A DNA stretch of 63,340 nt, counting the filler. It is 4 parts of 4 records of this genome, joined end to end, with 100 filler letters (N's around TTAATTAATTAA, not from the genome) between each part and the next. Parts side by side here need not be neighbours in the genome. Positions count along the whole stretch, not along the records: positions 1 to 30,140 come from SRR31156797_3544; positions 30,241 to 35,931 come from SRR31156797_3565; 2 more parts are not named here. One strand, given 5' to 3'. This document shows, piece by piece, positions 21,208 to 30,507 of the stretch. Position 1 is the first letter of the stretch. Each line of letters opens with the position of its first letter. The position numbers and the translations under genes were made by a program. The notes beneath the pieces were generated by a model. The model was not told the DNA's origin and did not search any database. It saw only the letters and a program-made list of their open reading frames with translations.

Positions 21208-21912
21208 CTACTGTTTGCGTTGAAAAGTATTATATATATAATCAAGTGGGTTAACGTGATAAAATGTTGAATAATCATCTTCATTTTCCTGTAACAGGTC
21301 TTTGTACATTTTGAAAATGTAAGTTTGCTGAATTTTCTCATTAATTGATACAGGCATAAAGCTACCTATTTTGAAGTATCCACTATTTGAAGCTAAACCG
21401 AAAAGTTTAGTGTATGTAGGTATATCCCAATTTATAGCATCCATTGTTTCATATGTTCCTTTTTTTACAGGTATAGGATACCTTATTATCTGATACTTAT
21501 CAAAGATTTCTTTTTTTCCATAAATACAGTTCAAATCTATGCAAATACCTATCCAATTCTGATTTGATTCTAAAATATGTCCTCTGATAACTGCTTTTCC
21601 ATAGACTAATTCTGTCCAAACATAATTATTTAATGTTATAGCACCACGAATTAAAAAATTATTTTTCAAACCTTCTTCAAGCAATTTTTTTCCTATATTA
21701 ACAAAGTCGATTAACACTTTATCATCTGCTGATTTTCCACCAACAAAAAGAGTATCAGATATTAGCTGATATTCATAATTAGTGAAGCTACTAAAGAGTT
21801 GATTTACGATACTTAACCAAGTTTTAATACGTTTATCTAAATCTTCTTCATCTAAGTTCGTTGCCATTTCTTTAAACCCAAGTAAGTCAATTGTCATAAA
21901 ATATTTCATCAT
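21208..21912 (-). CDS. Standalone class III nucleotidyl-cyclase-like protein
   Basis: IDLLGF (D9), ISDTLFV (D53), IRGAIT, VYGKAVIRGHILES, in the order expected for the cyclase fold. Confidence 0.6.
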   Translation of the reverse strand: MMKYFMTIDLLGFKEMATNLDEEDLDKRIKTWLSIVNQLFSSFTNYEYQLISDTLFVGGKSADDKVLIDFVNIGKKLLEEGLKNNFLIRGAITLNNYVWTELVYGKAVIRGHILESNQNWIGICIDLNCIYGKKEIFDKYQIIRYPIPVKKGTYETMDAINWDIPTYTKLFGLASNSGYFKIGSFMPVSINEKIQQTYIFKMYKDLLQENEDDYSTFYHVNPLDYIYNTFQRKQ

Positions 21913-22079
21913 AAGTACCTTTAGTTCAGATTAACATAACAGTATATATATGTCAATCACTACACCCCAAAAATAGTAATACAATGTTAATTACCACCAA
22001 TATCCTTAATTATCCCACTAGCCAGCTTAACAGCTACGAGGTGAAACAGACAAATATATTCATTTTGGATGTATTTATA

Positions 22080-22093
22080 CGAAAATTTGTTTG
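22080..22093 (+). promoter_or_regulatory. Possible LexA (SOS) box upstream of recA
   Basis: CGAAAATTTGTTTG against the Firmicutes consensus CGAAC-N4-GTTCG (two mismatches), in the recA promoter region. Confidence 0.5.
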
Positions 22094-22155
22094 CATAGCA
22101 TAATATAATATGCTAGTATATAATTATAGATTATCATTAAGATTGTGAGGAAATC

Positions 22156-23232
22156 ATGGCTAAAAAAAAGGCAAGCATTAGTATTTCAAAAAATGTAGAT
22201 AAAGCAAAAGCTATTGAAGTAGCGTTAAAAGGTATAGAGAAGGAATTTGGCAAAGGCGCAATAATGAAGCTAGGCGATGCGGCCGACATGGAGATTGAGG
22301 TATTTCCAACTGGTGCATTGACTCTGGATATAGCATTAGGTGTAGGTGGCATACCAAAGGGCAGAATCGTTGAAGTATTTGGTCCTGAATCATCCGGTAA
22401 AACAACAGTAGCATTGCATATGGTAGCAGAAGTACAGAAACAAGGCGGATATGCAGCATTTATTGATGCCGAGCATGCTCTGGATCCTACATATGCAAAG
22501 GCTCTTGGGGTAAATATCGACGAGTTGTACGTGTCTCAGCCAGATACAGGTGAGCAGGCACTGGAAATCTGCGATATGCTGGTACGCTCCTCTGCTTTTG
22601 ATATTATAGTAGTTGACTCAGTTGCTGCTTTGGTTCCTAAGGCAGAGATTGAGGGTGAAATGGGTGACAGCCATGTTGGTCTGCAGGCAAGACTAATGGC
22701 ACAAGCACTTAGAAAATTGGCAGGTACTATTAACAAAACAAATACTTCACTTATATTTATCAATCAGCTGCGAATGAAAATAGGTGTAATGTTCGGTAAT
22801 CCGGAGACAACTCCCGGCGGTCGTGCACTAAAATTCTATTCATCTGTTCGCCTTGATGTTCGTAAAATCGAGACTTTGAAAAAAGGATCAGATATGATTG
22901 GTTCCAGAACCAGAATCAAGGTTGTAAAGAACAAAGTAGCACCACCATTTAAAACTGCAGAATTTGATATTATGTACGGCGAAGGAATATCTCAGGAGGG
23001 CTGTATACTTGATTTAGCAGTTGATTATGAGATAGTTCGAAAGTCAGGAACATGGTTCTCCTATGGTGAGGACAGAATTGGACAAGGGAAGATGAACGTT
23101 GTCCAGTTTTTAAAGAAAAATACAGAAATGTGTAATGAAATTGAGAAAAAACTTCGTGCAAAACTGGTAAAGAAAGCAGAAGCACAGCTGGATACTGATA
23201 ATGAAAGCGAAATAGAAGATTTATTAAAGTAG
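22156..23232 (+). CDS. recA: Recombinase RecA
   Basis: [43 protein letters not shown]. Confidence 0.99.
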   Translation: MAKKKASISISKNVDKAKAIEVALKGIEKEFGKGAIMKLGDAADMEIEVFPTGALTLDIALGVGGIPKGRIVEVFGPESSGKTTVALHMVAEVQKQGGYAAFIDAEHALDPTYAKALGVNIDELYVSQPDTGEQALEICDMLVRSSAFDIIVVDSVAALVPKAEIEGEMGDSHVGLQARLMAQALRKLAGTINKTNTSLIFINQLRMKIGVMFGNPETTPGGRALKFYSSVRLDVRKIETLKKGSDMIGSRTRIKVVKNKVAPPFKTAEFDIMYGEGISQEGCILDLAVDYEIVRKSGTWFSYGEDRIGQGKMNVVQFLKKNTEMCNEIEKKLRAKLVKKAEAQLDTDNESEIEDLLK

Positions 23233-23253
23233 ATATTTAGGGCATTATAAAAT

Positions 23254-23994
23254 ATGAATAATCTGACTTATAAAACAATAGTTTTTTTACTAAAAAACCA
23301 CTTTGAAAAGCCGGATATATATGGGCTGGAGAATTACGATAGAAAGTATCCAGCCTTATTTATGTGTAATCATGAGAAGCTATATGGACCTATAATGATG
23401 CTGACCAGAGTGAAAATTAAATGCAGACCCTGGGCTCATTCTGGTGTGGTTAATTTGGATGAAGCTGTGGATTATATCAGCGATGAAGAGGGATTCTTAA
23501 GAAAAACTTTCCGAATGACTGAATTCTCTGCTAGGGTCTGGGCAAAAGTTCTGGCAAAACCTATGTGTGATGTCATGATGAGAAATAGAGTAATTACTGC
23601 ATACAGAGACAGCAGAAAGTCAAAAATCAGCATAAAGACAGGTACAGAATCATTTGCAAATGGCGATAATCAGATAATATTTGCAGAGACTAAGGAAATG
23701 TTCAGGGATAAATTAAGAGATGACTTTTCCTTTTTGCCTGGATATCAGCTATTGTTGCAACAGACAATAAAAAGACACAATATCTATCCAAAAGTGTATC
23801 CCGTATCGTTAAACAGGAATAAGCATTCAATAGCAATCGGTAAAGGTATTAAAATCAATAAGGATATCTCATATTTTGCTCAGAGAGAGAGCATAGATAT
23901 GTTTTTGATTGAGATGGTGAAGCTGGGTTATATAAATCCTCAGGAGATGATAGAGCGTACATGGGAGTATAAAGTTACAGCAAAAAGCAAGTAA
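23254..23994 (+). CDS. PlsC-like lysophospholipid acyltransferase
   Basis: IYGLEN...ALFMCNHEKLYGP, IIFAE, YPVSL; the canonical HX4D Asp is replaced by Gly. Confidence 0.6.
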   Translation: MNNLTYKTIVFLLKNHFEKPDIYGLENYDRKYPALFMCNHEKLYGPIMMLTRVKIKCRPWAHSGVVNLDEAVDYISDEEGFLRKTFRMTEFSARVWAKVLAKPMCDVMMRNRVITAYRDSRKSKISIKTGTESFANGDNQIIFAETKEMFRDKLRDDFSFLPGYQLLLQQTIKRHNIYPKVYPVSLNRNKHSIAIGKGIKINKDISYFAQRESIDMFLIEMVKLGYINPQEMIERTWEYKVTAKSK

Positions 23995-24593
23995 ATAAAA
24001 TTTAGTAAATAACATAAATAAATTTGAAAATATGTTAGTATATTGAAAGATTACAGTCGATTGGTTATAATTAGAAATGAGAAAAGATTTAGGAAGAGTA
24101 TATTAATGATATACCAATTGTTTTTTTAATGATATTAAGAAATGTAAAGCTATGATAATTATAATGTCAATAATTGTAGCAGCATTACTTCTTGGAGCAC
24201 TAATAATATAAATTAATTATCTAGTCAAAATGCAATCCTATGACAAAGTAAATGCAACTGTAACGGATTCATATGTTGGTTCTGGAGGTAAAGGAACTTG
24301 GGTAGAATTAGAGTATAGTAAAGATGGTAAGGAATATAAGTCTAAGATTTATAATTCGTATCGTTCTTTAGGGAGTTCAGTTAAGTTATTATGCAATAAG
24401 GATAATCTTTATGATATTAGATATGCTGATTCATTTGGTGTATTAAGCCGTATTTTACTTTTTGCAGCAATACCATTCTTTGTATTTGATATAATATATT
24501 TCGCAATCATCCCCTAACACACGGTACAACCTAATCCGTTTACATAATTCCCATAATATAGTATAATAGTACAAAATATTATATTATGGAGGT

Positions 24594-24818
24594 ATGTTTA
24601 TGTCGAACAAACTTAATAATGAAGAATTTAAGAATATAGTTTATGACAAATTAATCACCTATTATAATAATGGTGGACAATTCAAGTGTCCGAGTTATGA
24701 CATTGATACATCAACTGGCGAGCCACATACCGTTATGTCACATGAGCTTGAAGAACTTAAAAAGTTAATAAGCCTGATTTGTGATGTTGTATTAGAGTAT
24801 GATAAAATGCGTGATTAG
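24594..24818 (+). CDS. IS passenger, hypothetical 74-aa protein
   Basis: GGAGG RBS (true start may be the second ATG at 24600); its stop overlaps that of the convergent ORF. Confidence 0.6.
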   Translation: MFMSNKLNNEEFKNIVYDKLITYYNNGGQFKCPSYDIDTSTGEPHTVMSHELEELKKLISLICDVVLEYDKMRD

Positions 24819-24970
24819 TTATTTAATTTTTCTTCTATCGAATTAAGTCGCAACAGGATATCTTTTAAAACTTCAAACCGGTCAAGATTATAAAAATCAA
24901 AATCAAATCCTCGTTCAGATAAAAGCGAATTGATTACTGTGAATTCCTGTTTAGTCATAGTTGTTTTCAT
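24815..24970 (-). CDS. IS passenger, 51-aa protein (not in ORF track)
   Basis: AAAGGAGG RBS then MKTTMTKQEFTVINSLLSERGFDFDFYNLDRFEVLKDILLRLNSIEEKLNN*. Confidence 0.65.
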   Translation of the reverse strand: MKTTMTKQEFTVINSLLSERGFDFDFYNLDRFEVLKDILLRLNSIEEKLNN

Positions 24971-25061
24971 CTTAATTTCCTCCTTTCTTCAAAAATTGTA
25001 TATTTACCCAATTTATAGTATAATACATATATATATATATTAAATATAAAAGAGGTATATT

Positions 25062-25497
25062 ATGTATTTTACAATCAATAGGTCAAAAGACGGTGGTTAT
25101 TTTTTTTAACATTAAGAATATCCATGCTAAGGTAGCACTTCCTAATGAATATGGTCAAAAGTTGACTGCTAAACAACTTATGGATATTTTAAGCGAAGTA
25201 TCCAAAGCTGAAAATAATAACACAGTCATGACTGATGAATTTAGGGGATATAACCCTCTAAGTCGCAATAACTTTATACATCTTCGTGTAGACCATACTA
25301 AGACATATTCTAATGGAAACGGTGTTCACACTAATAATATCGAAAGTTTTTGGTCAACACTTAAACGCGGTATCTATGGGATTTATCACCACGTATCAAT
25401 TCAACACTTACAACAATACGTCAATGAGTTCTGCTTTAGATATAATCACCGTGGACAGGATATATTTAATCTAGTCCTTAAGCAGAGTGTGATGTAA
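25062..25497 (+). pseudogene. C-terminal half of an IS1595 (ISXO2-like) DDE transposase joined to an unrelated N-terminal stub
   Basis: MTDEFRGY, HLRVDH, GVHTNNIESFWSTLKRGIYGIYHHVS, YVNEFCFRYN present; zinc finger, HTH and first catalytic Asp region absent. Confidence 0.9.
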
Positions 25498-25500
25498 GAG

Positions 25501-26067
25501 TTATATGACTTCTACTGTTTGAATATCATTTGAATGAAATACAATACGCTTAGATGTGTCATTTCTATGGTCTATAAGTGCTACATTCGTTTTGTTATCA
25601 CATTTGATGTATGCACAAAGACATATCCAAAATTCACCATCCATAGTTCTATCTCGACTATCATAGTGTCCTATAATATGATAGTCTTCATTTTGTAAAT
25701 ATACCATCAAGTTAGTACCATCGTTTATGTCTATAATATCATCCCATACAATACCCATAGGTGAATAACCAAAAAGATTAATCAATATATTACAAAAAAA
25801 GTCACTAATATAAATTAGTCCAAAAACAGTCGCAAATATTATAGATGCACCACAAGATATCAGTACAGTAAACCATATATTAGTATTTGTTAAAAAAACA
25901 TTTATTACTGCTATCCATATGAAACTAATAATACAGCTAAATATCATTTTTATTGAAGATTCAATTTTTAACGATGTTATAGTACTAAATATAACAACGA
26001 ATATGTATCCAGAAACGAAATATTTTAATATCTCTGGAATTGATTCTATAATTTCGGGCATACTCAT
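25501..26067 (-). CDS. IS passenger, 3-TM plus beta-rich membrane protein (DUF6338-like)
   Basis: YFVSGYIF, three hydrophobic segments, VWDDII, LMVYLQNEDYHIIGHY, terminal DIQTVEVI; start placed at MSMPE. Confidence 0.55.
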   Translation of the reverse strand: MSMPEIIESIPEILKYFVSGYIFVVIFSTITSLKIESSIKMIFSCIISFIWIAVINVFLTNTNIWFTVLISCGASIIFATVFGLIYISDFFCNILINLFGYSPMGIVWDDIIDINDGTNLMVYLQNEDYHIIGHYDSRDRTMDGEFWICLCAYIKCDNKTNVALIDHRNDTSKRIVFHSNDIQTVEVI

Positions 26068-26068
26068 A

Positions 26069-26284
26069 TTACTCCTCAGTTTCTTCGCTTGTTTCAGGAA
26101 CAATTATAGGTGGAATAGGAGGTATTACGGGCGATACGTTTATAACTAAATCATCTAGACTATCATATGGCTTATATGTTTTTGCTTTTGTTAGCCCAAA
26201 TTTAATTTTTTTCACTTTACTATTGATATGCCTAATACCATCTTTTTCTTCTATAATATCCTTATTGTTATTTTCGTTTGACAT
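26069..26284 (-). CDS. IS passenger, small protein with a Pro-rich/acidic tail
   Basis: GGAGG RBS; ends SPVIPPIPPIIVPETSEETEE; stop lies 1 nt before the membrane gene start. Confidence 0.6.
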   Translation of the reverse strand: MSNENNNKDIIEEKDGIRHINSKVKKIKFGLTKAKTYKPYDSLDDLVINVSPVIPPIPPIIVPETSEETEE

Positions 26285-26796
26285 ATTATCCTCCAATATT
26301 TTGATATATAGATTATATCATGTCATTGGAAAATATTACATGAGTAAATAGATTTTCTATTTTACCGTGTGTTAGGGGATGATTGCGATATATTTTATTA
26401 ATTATCGAGTAATTAAACGAAGACAAAATCGTTAGATTTATAGAATTTAGTGGATATCATTCAAAGTGATGATGAAAACTACAATTTAAATGTTGAGTCT
26501 AATAGTGTAATAACTATTTCAGTATAATCGCTATATACATAGTTTGATAATAAAATACTGATTTGGTATAATGGTTAAATTAATAAAACAAAAGATTATA
26601 TGCATATTAATTCTCATGGTATGATGTTTTCACCATTTTCACAAGCGGTTGTATATTAAGAGACTAAGTAGTATGATGCTGATGAAATTGTATTGGATTA
26701 TATAAAAAAGCAAATGACAAAAGATGACATAAATGAAAAGATAGTTTCCAGAGATTTATCTATGTTCCTAAAACCATATATCGGATAGGTGAGGAT

Positions 26797-27912
26797 ATGA
26801 AAAATATAAATGATACGAATTTTGCATTCATCTGTGAGACACAGTTACATATATTTAATGCTATAAACTTTGTAGCAAATAATATTGAACAAAGCAAGAA
26901 TAACTCTGATATATATGTTTATAATTGTTTTAGCAACTCAAGAGCTATTACAGAAAGATTGAAGGAAGAAGATTTATTCAATAATGTTTATTATATAAAT
27001 AAATACAATGAAAAAATAGATGTTCTTACTAAATTCAGAAATCTATATAGACTGTTTTTTCCAAAAAAAACTATAATTAATCATATTGATAAGAGACAGG
27101 AGTTCCGTAAAAAAGATTATAAGTTTCTGTGTATGTATTCGTATACTATGAGGAACAGAAATTTTTTAAGAAGCTTTGACAAAGCAGATATTATCATGAT
27201 AGAGGACGGAATAGGTGCATATTTTGCAAATACAATGAAAGTACATATTGATGGAATATATAAATTACTGGACAAATATGTTTTCTTTGGTAAATATAAC
27301 TGCAATCCAAAGAGGCTTTATGTTTACTGCCCTCAAATTTCAGATATTGAAGTAACAGAAAATATAATTGCTCTGCCTAAAATAGATCAAAACAATCCTG
27401 CACTATCCATTGCACACAGAGTGTATGACTATAGAGAAAATAATGAGTATCAGGATAAAAGGCTGGTGTACTTTACACAGCCATTGGAGCTTATTAAGGG
27501 CGGTTTTATCCCTAATAGTGAGGAAAGGGTTTACAAAACAATTGAAAAGCTGGGATTGAAAAAGAACTTGATATTTAGGGTACATCCAAGGCAGACGGAT
27601 GCCAAGATTTATGAATGTTCTCGGGATACAATAGGTAATTTCTGGGAGATAGAGAGTCCCTATAGTATAAATAATAATCATATTTTTGTATCTGCATTCT
27701 CCACTGCAGCCTTTACACCTAAATATATTAATGGATTAGAGCCATATGTGATTTTCACTTATAAATTAAATTTCAGCGATTGTAATAACACCTATTGGAA
27801 AAAGGTAGATAAATTTATTGAGAGATTTGCATCTCTTTATGATGATAAGTCGAAGGTTATAGTACCAGAGAGTTTTAGTGAGCTGGAAGAAGCAATAAAG
27901 AAAATCGTGTAG
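26797..27912 (+). CDS. Bacterial sialyl/nonulosonyl-transferase-like glycosyltransferase
   Basis: IEDG, RVHPR and FSTA match the D/E-D/E-G, HP and S(S/T) motifs of CMP-sugar GT-B sialyltransferases. Confidence 0.7.
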   Translation: MKNINDTNFAFICETQLHIFNAINFVANNIEQSKNNSDIYVYNCFSNSRAITERLKEEDLFNNVYYINKYNEKIDVLTKFRNLYRLFFPKKTIINHIDKRQEFRKKDYKFLCMYSYTMRNRNFLRSFDKADIIMIEDGIGAYFANTMKVHIDGIYKLLDKYVFFGKYNCNPKRLYVYCPQISDIEVTENIIALPKIDQNNPALSIAHRVYDYRENNEYQDKRLVYFTQPLELIKGGFIPNSEERVYKTIEKLGLKKNLIFRVHPRQTDAKIYECSRDTIGNFWEIESPYSINNNHIFVSAFSTAAFTPKYINGLEPYVIFTYKLNFSDCNNTYWKKVDKFIERFASLYDDKSKVIVPESFSELEEAIKKIV

Positions 27913-28079
27913 GATAAGGATTATTAATTCTAAAATCTGGTATATTTTTATAGTATAGTATTAATAAAAGTATAAACGAACATCAATGAGTATATAAATA
28001 AATGGAGTAAAGAATAAAGACAGAAAATGTGAAAAAACAAAATTAAGAAACTAATGAAAAAGACAGGAAGCTTTTTTTC

Positions 28080-28265
28080 ATGTGGCATATATCGCTGTAT
28101 ATAATAATTATAAAAGGTATTGATATATTAAGTGAAATGCTGAACGTCAGTAACAATGAGATTAGAGCGATTGATATGTTTATGTTAGTCATGGCTGTTA
28201 TATCACTTGTATTAGTAGTTGTTAATGCTATAAAATGGTTCATAGAGCGCAATAAATCTGCATAA
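28080..28265 (+). CDS. Small two-TM hypothetical protein
   Basis: 61 aa with two hydrophobic stretches; start uncertain. Confidence 0.4.
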   Translation: MWHISLYIIIIKGIDILSEMLNVSNNEIRAIDMFMLVMAVISLVLVVVNAIKWFIERNKSA

Positions 28266-28273
28266 AAACAGAA

Positions 28274-29071
28274 TTATTTCTTATAGGTAATGGTTATCCT
28301 TTTACCAGCTATTTTACCAATTATATAAAATAAGTGTCCCAACGGCTTTAAATAAAAAGGAACTTTTACCGAGCTATCATAGACAGTAGATTTTCTGGGT
28401 TCATCTGTGTAGTATTCACCATCAACTGTTTCATATTCAGTACCTTTTACATATGACAAAGACATTCCTCTGAACAAATTATATGGAATAATATCTAACA
28501 TTTTTACACTATGAAGCTTATGAGACTCAACATCTTTATAGAATTTATTTGTTATTTTATAAAGTGATTTTTTATCTGCGTCATTTAGTTTATAATTATT
28601 CCAGCTATATGATGAACAACTGTACATGTAGCACTTATTGAATCCAATGCCGTTTAATGTAGATTTTATGCTTTTTGCAGCAGCCTTAGCACCAACTCCA
28701 CCTGTTGAAGTAATAACCAGTGCTTTACTGGTGAAGAAGTGTGGTCGATGAAGCATAAAACAAAGATGATCAAATAGATTTTTTAACAAAGCGGTTTCTC
28801 TCAAATTAAATGTAGATGATGTAAAGATTATACCATCAGCATTGTCAATAGCATTAATTATTTTCATAATAATATCTGAATGAGGACAATATTCATGGCC
28901 TAACCGAAAGCATGTACTGCAACCAGTGCAAAAGGGGAGATTTTGTTTTGATAAATGAATTTCTTCAAATTCAGAAGCAGAATCCATCCCTATAATATGT
29001 TCCTTTGCGGCAATTGCTAATTTCCAAGTATTTCCTTTGCGAGGGCTGCCATTTATAAATAAGTATTTCAT
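28274..29071 (-). CDS. Flavodoxin-like NADPH-dependent FMN reductase / iron-sulfur flavoprotein
   Basis: INGSPRKGNT, CTGCSTC...CP, LKNLFDH; start placed at MKYLF. Confidence 0.85.
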   Translation of the reverse strand: MKYLFINGSPRKGNTWKLAIAAKEHIIGMDSASEFEEIHLSKQNLPFCTGCSTCFRLGHEYCPHSDIIMKIINAIDNADGIIFTSSTFNLRETALLKNLFDHLCFMLHRPHFFTSKALVITSTGGVGAKAAAKSIKSTLNGIGFNKCYMYSCSSYSWNNYKLNDADKKSLYKITNKFYKDVESHKLHSVKMLDIIPYNLFRGMSLSYVKGTEYETVDGEYYTDEPRKSTVYDSSVKVPFYLKPLGHLFYIIGKIAGKRITITYKK

Positions 29072-29343
29072 TAATAAATTACCTTTGTAAATTTTCTCTA
29101 TTATAGAAGTAATATATAGTGATTGCAATATAAATTAAAAATTACCATTAGTTAATAGTAATTTGTTTTATATTGTGTTGCTATATTAAGAAAATTTTAT
29201 AACAGATTATACACTTTTTATTAATCAATATGGTTTTTTTTGACTTTTTTTAGAAAAATACATAAAAATGCTTTCAGTTGTAACATTATTGAGATAATAA
29301 TGGTTTATTATTCCAGTGTTAATTATAAAATAAGGAGAAAAAT

Positions 29344-29991
29344 ATGAATCATATGAAAAAAGCTGTATTGTTGATAATGGCTTTTACTTTATTATTTGTT
29401 TCTGCATGTTCTAGTAAAACAACCGATACTGAAACAGAAGCTTTAACTGAGGCTGAATCAAGTAGCCAGCAAAATGAATCCAGTGAAGAATCCAGCAGTG
29501 ACAATGTTGAAAGTACTGTATTGCAGAGTCAAGATATTCTTGCAATCCTTAGCCCATATGTTGAATCTAGTGTTTTGACACAGGATGAAGCAGATAAACT
29601 TGCTGAATTTTTAGGAAATTATGAAATGGATATGGGAGCAATAGGTGATAATCAAGGAGAGCCACCAGAAGGATCACAAGGTGATGGACAAGGCGATGAG
29701 GCACCAGAAAAACCAGAAGGTGAAGCTCAAGAAAAACCAGAAGGTGACGGACAAGGCGGACCATCAGAAGGACAAGGACCACAAGGTGATGGTCAAGGAG
29801 AACCGCCTGAAGGACAGGGACCACAGGGTGATGGTCAAGGAGAACCAACTGAAGGACAAGGAATGCCTGAAGATGGCAATATGAACGGTGGAGGTATAAT
29901 GAATCCTTTACAAGCTGCTGTCGAAGAGGGAATCATTACACAAGAGCAAGCTGAACAGCTGCAGGATATATTAAAAGAATTAATGAACTAA
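29344..29991 (+). CDS. Lipoprotein with an acidic Gly/Pro/Gln low-complexity region
   Basis: Lipobox VSAC; two related motifs (VLTQDEADKL, IITQEQAEQL) flank the repeats. Confidence 0.8.
   Translation: MNHMKKAVLLIMAFTLLFVSACSSKTTDTETEALTEAESSSQQNESSEESSSDNVESTVLQSQDILAILSPYVESSVLTQDEADKLAEFLGNYEMDMGAIGDNQGEPPEGSQGDGQGDEAPEKPEGEAQEKPEGDGQGGPSEGQGPQGDGQGEPPEGQGPQGDGQGEPTEGQGMPEDGNMNGGGIMNPLQAAVEEGIITQEQAEQLQDILKELMN
29650..29872 (+). repeat. Imperfect in-frame tandem repeats (42-bp core unit)
   Basis: Repeated GQGPQGDGQGEPPE-like and EKPEG units. Confidence 0.8.
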
Positions 29992-30068
29992 ATTATATGA
30001 TTAGTATAGAAATTATTACACTTAGTACATTATATCTTAATTTGATATTGTAGATTTATATACAGTTA

Positions 30069-30090
30069 GAGACAGCCTTTTGGCTGTCTC
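30069..30090 (+). terminator. Hairpin after the lipoprotein gene
   Basis: GAGACAGCC-tttt-GGCTGTCTC. Confidence 0.6.
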
Positions 30091-30140
30091 ATTTGTCTAT
30101 CATAAAATCATTTTTATACGTTTTTATTGATTGTTTATTT

Positions 30141-30240
30141 NNNNNNNNNNNNNNNNNNNNNNNNNNNNNNNNNNNNNNNNNNNNTTAATTAATTAANNNN
30201 NNNNNNNNNNNNNNNNNNNNNNNNNNNNNNNNNNNNNNNN
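30141..30240. other. Artificial contig linker
   Basis: N-runs flanking TTAATTAATTAA (stops in all six frames). Confidence 0.99.
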
Positions 30241-30507
30241 CACAATGCTTCTGTTATTGAATGCTGCTTTCAAATAGGCTTGGGTGAGCCTGTGTAGACA
30301 AAGTCAACAGGTCAGGATCACCGACTAAGTTTTGAGCGGACTAAACTGTCCCAAATATTTTAGAGGTTGTCAAGCTGATCTATAAATTTTATAGAAAAAT
30401 AGCAATGAAGAGAAACCACAAAATATCATCTATCTTGAATAGTGCTCTGGCTACTGGGTAACCGCTTGCGGGATTTGTCAGCTTTAAAAGGTTAAAGAGA
30501 AAATCAC

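Larger units (their letters stand above)
24502..26387. mobile_element. Non-autonomous IS1595-family element with passenger genes (1886 bp)
   Basis: Perfect 25-bp TIRs CGCAATCATCCCCTAACACACGGTA (24502-24526; reverse complement at 26363-26387), 8-bp direct repeat ATATATTT (24494-24501, 26388-26395), internal transposase fragment. Confidence 0.95.
24152..26435 (+). pseudogene. DUF3592-like two-TM gene with a premature stop, split by the IS1595 element
   Basis: ATG 24152 gives MIIIMSIIVAALLLGALII*INYLVK in frame with ORF 24230. Removing the element and one TSD restores ...DIIYFINYRVIKRRQNR* ending at 26435. Confidence 0.7.

Noticed and set aside
30241-30375. Possible IS end at the start of contig 2
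   Set aside because: No recognisable transposase translation or matching second end in the window.
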